Shown: positions 9,038 through 15,266, counted from the stretch's first letter. The stretch is 24,000 nt of DNA from Thermosphaera chiliense (GCF_014962245.1 NZ_CP063144.1:28582-52581); one strand, 5' to 3'. Made by a program: numbers and translations. Notes: generated by a model from the letters alone, not told the origin.

Positions 9038-9103
9038 AAGCCTCTCCAAGCATATTAATTGTTGCTTGAAAATAATAACCTCTTGGGAACGGTGTCCTCC
9101 ACC

Positions 9104-9616
9104 ATGGCCGAGTTCAGAATAGAGGTCAAGCCTATTGGGGTAGTCCACGTTGAAGCAGGTGATGAGGAGGTTAAGAAGAGCGTTAACGGGGTTCCAGGGG
9201 TTGTTGAAATATTCCCCGAGTACGAGCAAGGCTTGAAAGGGCTGGAAGGCTTCTCGCACATAATCCTTGTAACATTCCTGCATAAGACTAGTGATCGAGA
9301 CAGGGAAACACTGCTGGTTAAGCCACGGAGGCTTGTCAAATATGGTTTCACACTGGAAGAACTACCGTTAATAGGGGTTTTCGCAACCGACTCCCCTCAC
9401 CGTCCAAACCCGATCGGGGTTTCAATAGTCGAGCTGGCTAGAGTTGAAGGCAGGTTTCTACATGTCAAGGGGTTGGACGTGTTCAACGGAACCCCTGTGC
9501 TGGATTTGAAGCCCTACACGCCCGGCAGGGTTGTGCGGGAGGTTAGGCTACCGGAATGGTATGCTAGCCTGCTGGAGAAGGCGAGGAGGGTTGAGCCCGG
9601 GCTGAGCGACCTGTAA
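9104..9616 (+). CDS. TrmO/TsaA (YaeB, UPF0066) family SAM-dependent tRNA methyltransferase
   Basis: VKPIGVVH, EIFPEYEQGLKGLEGFSHI, GVFATDSPHRPNPIGVS and GTPVLDLKPYTP are the family hallmark motifs. The start is set at the ATG at 9104 (MAEFRIEVKPIG). Confidence 0.85.
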   Translation: MAEFRIEVKPIGVVHVEAGDEEVKKSVNGVPGVVEIFPEYEQGLKGLEGFSHIILVTFLHKTSDRDRETLLVKPRRLVKYGFTLEELPLIGVFATDSPHRPNPIGVSIVELARVEGRFLHVKGLDVFNGTPVLDLKPYTPGRVVREVRLPEWYASLLEKARRVEPGLSDL

Positions 9617-9656
9617 CCTATTTAAGACCCCGGGATAAAGGTTAGCGTGGAGACAA

Positions 9657-9935
9657 ATGGGTATCATAGCATCCAAGCTTGCGGTTCCCGGTGGTGGAGG
9701 CTTGCAGATTAGAGTTGAGTATAAGAAGGGCGGGGCGAGGGTGGATGTTTTCGGCGCCTTCTTCGAATCGTACGTTACCATCCCGGACAGGGTTTTGATA
9801 GATGGGAAGACTATTATGCCGGAGCCGGACAGCGATGTTATATTTTTTATTGACGCTGTAACGTTGAAAATAACTAAGTCTAAGAATATGCCACCGTTAA
9901 TAGAGATTACTACAGCGTCTAAAACAAGAGCTTGA
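9657..9935 (+). CDS. Hypothetical small protein (orphan, 92 aa)
   Basis: This is ORF-only evidence. It has an ATG start 40 nt after the trmO-like stop, and I recognise no motif. GC content drops in its 3' third. An overlapping 140-aa antisense ORF looks less protein-like. Confidence 0.35.
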   Translation: MGIIASKLAVPGGGGLQIRVEYKKGGARVDVFGAFFESYVTIPDRVLIDGKTIMPEPDSDVIFFIDAVTLKITKSKNMPPLIEITTASKTRA

Positions 9936-10404
9936 AAACGAGTTTTGAACAACAGTGTTTGAAACAGCACTTAGTTATGAATTATTGTCTTAAAGAAGAA
10001 GTATTAAACAATGTTGGAAAAACCTGCAGTATTACCTGAAATTCTTGATCTAGGAGGTTTTCGGGTAAACCACCTATATACTTCACAAGCCCCGGGGAGG
10101 TTTGAGGAGGGAAAGTATTATCCCTATGTTTTCAAACACTTACTTTTGAAGCATAATTCTTTCATGATTGAGTTAACAGTAAACTGTTTCAGAAATAATT
10201 TATGGAGGCCAGAGCATTGTTAAAGAATCGTGCGTATTACCGCGCCAGCCCGATCTAGAAGGGTTTTACCGAAACCACCTAGCCCGTTTCACATTCAGAC
10301 TCATGGGTTAGTTTTGAAGGTATTAGCATGGTGCCTAGCCCCGGTGTCCTGGCGCCTGCGGGTGTTGTAGGGTTGCGGGCCCGATACGGGTTTCTTTGTA
10401 TTAA

Positions 10405-10508
10405 GGAGGATTCAGCGATCACTGATCAAGCTGTTCCCCCGTTGAAAAACAAGCGGAGGATTCAGCGAGGAGATCACTGGTTAACTTGACCCCGGTTAAG
10501 TTAATTAG
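10405..10508. repeat. Imperfect tandem duplication (period 50 nt) followed by an 11-bp stem-loop
   Basis: The exact 14-mer GGAGGATTCAGCGA occurs at 10405-10418 and 10455-10468, each followed by TCACTG and a related CCCC-GTT tail. The inverted repeat CTGGTTAACTT (10477-10487) / AAGTTAATTAG (10498-10508) has a 10-nt loop GACCCCGGTT. Confidence 0.7.
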
Positions 10509-10667
10509 CGATTAACTACCCTATTTGATCACGTTACAGGATCCAGAAACATAATCATGTTTGAAAAACATGCACACTGTTTAAAACTCGGGTCTAAACC
10601 GGGCCCCCTCCACGTGGGGAGCATGGGTTCTTGAAAATATTTTGTATAACATGTAGCCGGGGACAGG

Positions 10668-10676
10668 TATTTATAC
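10668..10676 (+). promoter_or_regulatory. TATA-like box for the 10702 gene (a leaderless or near-leaderless transcript is predicted)
   Basis: TATTTATAC is centred about 28 nt upstream of the GTG at 10702, which fits the archaeal TATA-to-TSS spacing. Confidence 0.3.
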
Positions 10677-10701
10677 AGGACCCTTAATTACAAAAGCCCT
10701 G

Positions 10702-11220
10702 GTGAACCCGATGATTACCGAGCAGGATGCGGTGAGAAACGCTGTGAAAACAGCTGCAGAATTAATGGTGGCCTCTGCGAAAACCGCTCCGAAAGCTAAG
10801 GGAGTGGACAACATAGTTACACTCATCCTCGAATCGAAAGAAGAGCTGGAGAAGCTTGCCTCTAAGATGGAGGAGCTGGCCCCGGAGTACGGGGATTTCT
10901 TCAAGAGGGATGCTCAGAACGTTAGGAACAGCTTAGCTGTTGTTCTGATCGGGTGTAGTATTTCAAGCCTTCAGTTGAACAAGCCTGGCAAATGGACCCT
11001 TGACCCTGATACTGTTAATTCACTAGTAAACCTTGGAATAGCAATAGGTTCTGCTGTTAAAACAGCAGGCTTGCTGAACATAGATAACAGGGTAATGTTC
11101 ACTATAGGGGTTGCAGCCCAGGAGCTCGGCCTGGTGAAAGCTGACATAGTGTACGGTATACCGTTGTCGGTAACGGGGAAGAACATATTCTTTGACAGGA
11201 AGTGGCCTCCTAAACTGTAA
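10702..11220 (+). CDS. DUF2148-like protein of unknown function
   Basis: The N-terminal AAELMVASAKTAPKAKGVDNIV and FFKRDAQNVRNSLAVVLIG resemble the DUF2148 pattern (TAPKxxGxD ... FkRD ... vvLIG) as I remember it. The start is GTG 10702 or ATG 10711. Confidence 0.45.
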   Translation: MNPMITEQDAVRNAVKTAAELMVASAKTAPKAKGVDNIVTLILESKEELEKLASKMEELAPEYGDFFKRDAQNVRNSLAVVLIGCSISSLQLNKPGKWTLDPDTVNSLVNLGIAIGSAVKTAGLLNIDNRVMFTIGVAAQELGLVKADIVYGIPLSVTGKNIFFDRKWPPKL

Positions 11221-11241
11221 AGCATGCTTAGCGAATAGGGA

Positions 11242-12750
11242 ATGGTGTTTTTTATGTGGAGGAAGATGGCCTTAACACTCATACTTTCCTTTACCATATC
11301 AACCCTCCTCTCCTACTTCATCGTAATCCCGGACACCCCTGTTGGTGCTGAAATAGTAGGCTACTGGAGAACGGTGACTGGGAACAAAGGAGGCATTAAT
11401 GATTTAACAAGTATTTTCAAGCAATCCGTTTCCCTGGGGCTTTTCCTAGCTGTAATAGGGTTGACTATACTTTCAATGGAGTACCGCTACTACGCTGCCT
11501 TCCTGGGAATATCATTGATAACAATCCTGGGCATAGTGCCTCCCCAAGACATGATCGCAGGTGTGGAGTGGAGCCTAATACTTTTCTTGATAGGTAGCAT
11601 GACGCTCGCATTCATCCTTAGATCCCTCGGGGTTTTCGAATACCTCGCGATCAGGATACTCGAGTTTTCCAACGGCTCGGTTAGCAAGCTATTCTTTATA
11701 ATACTGTTCTTCGCCTGGTTCCTAGCAATGATCGTTGACGAGGCAACCAGCATAGTCTACGTGATCCTCCTAGTGTTCGAGATTAAAAGAATGACCCGGC
11801 AGGATGTAAGCATTATGGCTGTCGCCGCTGTTTTAGCAACCAACACTGGCAGCATGGCCCTGCCTGTTGGAAACCCTATTGGAATATACCTTTCTTTCAC
11901 AGCCCAGTTGTCCGTTAAAGACTTCCTGTTTAAATCACTGCCTTTATCATTCATCCTTTTAATAGTTGTTTACACTACTATCTACTTGTTAAGTAAAAAC
12001 TACTTGAAAACACTGGCAAGCGAGCTTAGCGAGGAAAGGGTTAGGAAGAGGATAGAAGCCTACTACTCCAACATACGTAGGGAGGACCTTGGCAGGGTTA
12101 AAATGGGCACAATGCTCATACTAGTTTTCCTTGTAACAGTATCCACGGTGGATTTCACCGCTGAAATCCTCACACGCTTCTCCGGCACCCACATCCAGGC
12201 TCACTCCCTCCTCTCCTTCATACCTTATACGCTGATACTGGTCGCAGGGTTGATCTACAGCCCTGAAAAGCTGGAGTACGCTATAACAAGGGGTGTTGAA
12301 TGGCCGTCAATCCTGTTCTTCATAACGCTCTTCATGCTAGGCTTCTCCCTATTATACACGGGGATAGCCTCTAAGCTAGCCTACGTGTTCATCGAGACAG
12401 GCATGAGCCCTGGTGGCGAGGATCCAGGCATGCTGGCAGAGCTAATGCTGGTTTTCTCAGCGGTTCTAAGCAGCGTGCTGGACAATCTAAGCGTCATAGT
12501 GGCGGCAACACCCATGGTTGAAACCATAGTGGCATTGTTCTCGGCGAAGAAAATATACTGGAGCCTATTATACGGGAGTGTCCTAGGAGGGAACTTCACC
12601 CCGATAGGGTCGACCGCTAACATAGTAGCGGTTGGAATGCTTGAAAAGGAGAAGGTCAGGACAACCTGGGGTTCCTGGCTGAGAGTAGCAATTATACCAA
12701 CCATTATCCAGGTTTTAATAGCCTTGGGATGGAGTGTTTTAATGGTTTAA
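11242..12750 (+). CDS. ArsB/NhaD-superfamily (ion-transporter superfamily) permease, substrate unknown
   Basis: This is a 502-aa polytopic membrane protein of two halves separated by a charged loop (SEERVRKRIEAYYSNIRRED). Each half has a helical-hairpin-like segment (ATNTGSMALPVGNPIG; GGNFTPIGSTANIVAV), as in ArsB/NhaD/CitMHS permeases. Confidence 0.6.
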   Translation: MVFFMWRKMALTLILSFTISTLLSYFIVIPDTPVGAEIVGYWRTVTGNKGGINDLTSIFKQSVSLGLFLAVIGLTILSMEYRYYAAFLGISLITILGIVPPQDMIAGVEWSLILFLIGSMTLAFILRSLGVFEYLAIRILEFSNGSVSKLFFIILFFAWFLAMIVDEATSIVYVILLVFEIKRMTRQDVSIMAVAAVLATNTGSMALPVGNPIGIYLSFTAQLSVKDFLFKSLPLSFILLIVVYTTIYLLSKNYLKTLASELSEERVRKRIEAYYSNIRREDLGRVKMGTMLILVFLVTVSTVDFTAEILTRFSGTHIQAHSLLSFIPYTLILVAGLIYSPEKLEYAITRGVEWPSILFFITLFMLGFSLLYTGIASKLAYVFIETGMSPGGEDPGMLAELMLVFSAVLSSVLDNLSVIVAATPMVETIVALFSAKKIYWSLLYGSVLGGNFTPIGSTANIVAVGMLEKEKVRTTWGSWLRVAIIPTIIQVLIALGWSVLMV

Positions 12751-12852
12751 ACAATCCTACACCACCCTGTTAACAGTTGCTGAAGCTTATTGTTGAAATG
12801 TTTAAATTGTGGAAGATTCATTTATTAAACATGAAATAAAAGGGCGGATTTC

Positions 12853-13668
12853 TTGAATCCTAAGGAGAGATTGGAGTTAATAGCTAAGTCACCAATAACG
12901 TTCACCCATCTCAGGCGGATAAACATTGCCGCAGGCATATTACACTCCATCACCGGTGTTTTAATGCTGATTCTAGGAGTGCTGCTGGAATGGGAGCGGC
13001 CTATATATACTTTCTACCTGAAATTCGATGTAAGCCAGTTCCCGTTCAGGATCTATCCGAACCCGCAGGTACTCTTCACGCTGAGCAATCTCGGCGTACT
13101 GGTTGCATCATTCCCATTGATGTCTGCAATAGCCCACTTCACAATAGCATTCCTCAAGTTTGACAAGTATGTTGAAAACTTGAAGAAAGGGATGAACCCA
13201 TACCGCTGGTACGAGTACTTCTTCTCCAGCTCAGTGATGATCGTGCTAATAGCCTTGTTCATCGGCGTTCTCGATCTCTGGTCCCTTGTCATGATTTTCA
13301 CCTTAAACGCTATCACGATGATGTTCGGCTACTTAATGGAGCTGTTAAACCAGTACACCGAGAAGACCAACTGGACGCCTTTCATACTGGGATGCTTCAC
13401 CGGCGCAGTCCCATGGATAGTCCTGTTCGCATACTTCGCCGCAGCGATTTCATCAGCAGGCACTAACCCGCCAGCGTTCGTCTACGCAATATTCTTCATA
13501 TACTTCATCGTCTTCAACGTCTTCGCTCTGAACATGTTCCTACAGTACAAGAGCGTTGGCAAGTGGAGAGACTACCTTTACGGCGAGAGAATGTATATTA
13601 TACTGAGCCTGGTGGCTAAGACCATACTTGCATGGCTTGTGTTCATAGGAGTGTTCGCACCGTTTTAA
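12853..13668 (+). CDS. Heliorhodopsin (type-1-like, inverted-topology retinal protein)
   Basis: Seven predicted TM helices with long blocks nearly identical to heliorhodopsin 48C12 as I recall it. These are RWYEYFFSSSVMIVLIA (48C12 RWVEYSLSSSVMIVLIA), PFILGCFTGAVPWI (PFWFGCIAGIVPWI) and GERMYIILSLVAKTILAW (GERAYIVLSLVAKSALAW). The Schiff-base Lys (K256, codon 13618-13620), counterion Glu (E121, codon 13213-13215) and both conserved His (H31, H95) are present. The start is TTG. Confidence 0.88.
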   Translation: MNPKERLELIAKSPITFTHLRRINIAAGILHSITGVLMLILGVLLEWERPIYTFYLKFDVSQFPFRIYPNPQVLFTLSNLGVLVASFPLMSAIAHFTIAFLKFDKYVENLKKGMNPYRWYEYFFSSSVMIVLIALFIGVLDLWSLVMIFTLNAITMMFGYLMELLNQYTEKTNWTPFILGCFTGAVPWIVLFAYFAAAISSAGTNPPAFVYAIFFIYFIVFNVFALNMFLQYKSVGKWRDYLYGERMYIILSLVAKTILAWLVFIGVFAPF

Positions 13669-13672
13669 AAAG

Positions 13673-13701
13673 TTATTTTAAAATAATCATTTATTTCTTT
13701 T
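13673..13701 (+). terminator. Putative archaeal oligo-T terminator region after the heliorhodopsin gene
   Basis: A perfect 14-nt AT palindrome TTATTTTAAAATAA (13673-13686) is followed by T-tracts (TTATTTCTTTT) a few nt after the stop codon. Confidence 0.25.
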
Positions 13702-13780
13702 AAGTCAACCATCGCGTGTTTCAACATTTTAAGGCAAAATACTAATTCCTGAAACAGGAGGTAGGCAAGGGGTTCGCGAA

Positions 13781-13990
13781 TTGCTCTGCGTTAAAATACT
13801 TCCTGAAAGCGTTGAAAAATGCTTCAGCGTTGAGAAAGCGCTTCTGAAAAACATTGTAGAAGGGTTGAAGGAGGAGGTTGAAGGATACAACATCCTCGTC
13901 CTCGTTAACGATAAGCTCGTTGAAAACTACGACTTGGAAATCACTAGTGCCGATAGAATTATAGTAGTGAAGGAAAATATAGGGGGATAA
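13781..13990 (+). CDS. ThiS/SAMP-like beta-grasp ubiquitin-like protein with C-terminal Gly-Gly (Ubl-1)
   Basis: 69 aa with a TTG start. It has a ThiS-like layout (VLVNDKLVENYDLEITSADRIIVVKENIGG) and ends exactly in GG before the stop. Confidence 0.65.
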   Translation: MLCVKILPESVEKCFSVEKALLKNIVEGLKEEVEGYNILVLVNDKLVENYDLEITSADRIIVVKENIGG

Positions 13991-14020
13991 GCGTATTATA
14001 ACGGTAAGGGTGAGGCCTTT

Positions 14021-14284
14021 TTGAAGGTAACCGTGGTATTCCTGGGAAGAGCTAGCGAGCTATCCCAGAAGTCAATAATAACGGTTGAGCTACCTGAGAA
14101 CGCAACACTCTACGACTTGTTGAAAAAGCTTGGTGAGGCAGTTAACCCGCGGATTTTCACCAAATTCCTCGAGGGCCAATACGTGTTCGTGACATACGTG
14201 AACGACACCCCCACTATCTCGCTCACAACCCCGTTGAAAGATGGTGACAGGGTTTCGCTTATAACCCCGGAAATGGGTGGTTGA
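14021..14284 (+). CDS. MoaD/SAMP1-like beta-grasp ubiquitin-like protein with C-terminal Gly-Gly (Ubl-2)
   Basis: 87 aa with a MoaD pattern: MKVTVVFLGRASEL, VELPENATLYDLLKKL, LKDGDRVSLITPEMGG-stop. Confidence 0.8.
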   Translation: MKVTVVFLGRASELSQKSIITVELPENATLYDLLKKLGEAVNPRIFTKFLEGQYVFVTYVNDTPTISLTTPLKDGDRVSLITPEMGG

Positions 14285-14289
14285 GAAGC

Positions 14290-15036
14290 TTACTGCTCTA
14301 GGCACACCTGGCAGTCAAACTTCTTAATCTCTATTATTTCGAGACTGTTTGTTTTACCATTGAATAAGGCTATTTTATTAATCAATGGTTCCCCTATGCC
14401 TAAAACAATCTTAACAACTTCATTAACTTCCAGCAGTCCTATCAACCCGGGAATATGCCCCATCACTATTACAGGCTTCTTCTCCGCCTTCTCAACCCCT
14501 TTGAACAAACACCTTAAGCAGGGTGTTTTCCCTGGTATAATAGTTGTTAACTGCCCGTAGAACTCCCCAACGCCGGCGTGAACCAGGGGTTTTCCAAGCC
14601 TCCAGCAAGCCTTGTCCAGGACGAACCTTGTCTCCCAGTTATCCAGGGCGTCGACAACCACGTCGGCCTTGCTTACGTAATCATCTATTGTTTCCTCAGT
14701 GATTCTCGCGTGAACCGGTACTATGTCAACGTTAGGATTGAGTTTTCTCAGCTTATGGTATGCTGCAACTACTTTAGGCTTACCTAAGTCGTCAACAGTG
14801 TAGAGGATTTGCCTTTGAAGATTGCTCAACTCCACTAACCCTTCATCTATAACGATTACTCTGCCAACACCCATGGCAACCAGGTAGTAGAGAACAGAGG
14901 AGCCCAGTCCCCCGGCCCCGGCAACCAGGATGCTCGAGCCTTTAAGCCTAAGCTGCCCCTCAACCCCAATCAAAGGGATTTGCCTACTGTACCTTTCAAG
15001 CTCCTCAGCGCTAAGCACGCCTGCCCCCGCGCTCAA
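14290..15036 (-). CDS. MoeB/ThiF/UbaA-type E1-like Ubl-activating (adenylating) enzyme, minimal form without a rhodanese domain
   Basis: RYSRQIPLIG, the nucleotide loop VAGAGGLGS, IDEGLVELSNLQRQ and two CxxC zinc pairs (CLRC and CQVC) are present. It starts 2 nt after the stop of Ubl-3. Confidence 0.88.
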   Translation of the reverse strand: MSAGAGVLSAEELERYSRQIPLIGVEGQLRLKGSSILVAGAGGLGSSVLYYLVAMGVGRVIVIDEGLVELSNLQRQILYTVDDLGKPKVVAAYHKLRKLNPNVDIVPVHARITEETIDDYVSKADVVVDALDNWETRFVLDKACWRLGKPLVHAGVGEFYGQLTTIIPGKTPCLRCLFKGVEKAEKKPVIVMGHIPGLIGLLEVNEVVKIVLGIGEPLINKIALFNGKTNSLEIIEIKKFDCQVCLEQ

Positions 15037-15038
15037 CC

Positions 15039-15242
15039 CTACCCACCCGACTTAACCGTGAAGACTGTTACCGCATCCCCATCAACAACTTCGTCATCCT
15101 CGACGAGTATTTCACCATCTTTTAAAACAACGTACTCGGTAGGGTTCAGCCCTAGTTTTGCCAACAGGTCTTTAACCCTGATCCTGGATGCTTCAATAAT
15201 CCTCGGCTCTTTTTCACCCGTCACAGTGACTTTAACAGGCAT
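15039..15242 (-). CDS. ThiS/SAMP2-like beta-grasp ubiquitin-like protein with C-terminal Gly-Gly (Ubl-3)
   Basis: 67 aa, with VKDLLAKLGLNPTEYVVLKDGEILVEDDEVVDGDAVTVFTVKSGG-stop. It lies directly upstream of, and on the same strand as, the E1-like gene. Confidence 0.8.
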   Translation of the reverse strand: MPVKVTVTGEKEPRIIEASRIRVKDLLAKLGLNPTEYVVLKDGEILVEDDEVVDGDAVTVFTVKSGG

Positions 15243-15266
15243 GAGCCACCATCCTCGAGAACTTAG

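Noticed and set aside
9059-9103. The upstream start (9059) for the trmO-like gene
   Set aside because: Family members begin a few residues before the (V)KPIGxxH motif. The ATG at 9104 (MAEFRIEVKPIGVVH) fits, and the extra 15 codons lie in the AT-rich promoter region.
9038-9283. An 82-codon N-terminal extension of the saccharopine-dehydrogenase-like ORF (start at 9283)
   Set aside because: The extension has an odd, unconserved-looking composition. It would cover the divergent promoter and overlap the trmO-like gene on the other strand. The internal ATG at 9037 places the Rossmann GLGRVG motif at the N-terminus, as expected.
10011-10223. A 70-aa ORF in the long intergenic region
   Set aside because: It is AT-rich with an unusual composition, no recognisable motif, no Shine-Dalgarno or TATA context and many rare-looking codons. 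It is treated as non-coding, but mentioned in the findings.
10100-10400. RNase P RNA or SRP RNA in the GC-rich core (GAGGAGGGAAAGT at 10104 looks a little like CR-I GAGGAAAGUCC)
   Set aside because: The match breaks at the essential GUCC, and no CR-IV/CR-V motif or SRP helix-8-like motif is found on either strand. It is left as an unassigned candidate ncRNA only.
10405-10535. C/D-box sRNA in the tandem repeat (minus-strand GTGATCA / GTGATCG / GTGATCT next to CTGA)
   Set aside because: The C-box-like words deviate from RUGAUGA at the critical GA positions. The spacing between the C'-like and D-like boxes (0-5 nt) is far from the roughly 12 nt needed for a guide.
10400-10575. A possible CRISPR remnant or lone repeat (words such as GTTGAAAAAC and GTTTGAAAAAC resemble crenarchaeal repeat ends)
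   Set aside because: There is no array of regularly spaced identical 24-37-nt repeats and no cas genes in the window. The only periodic element is a two-copy, 50-nt imperfect duplication.
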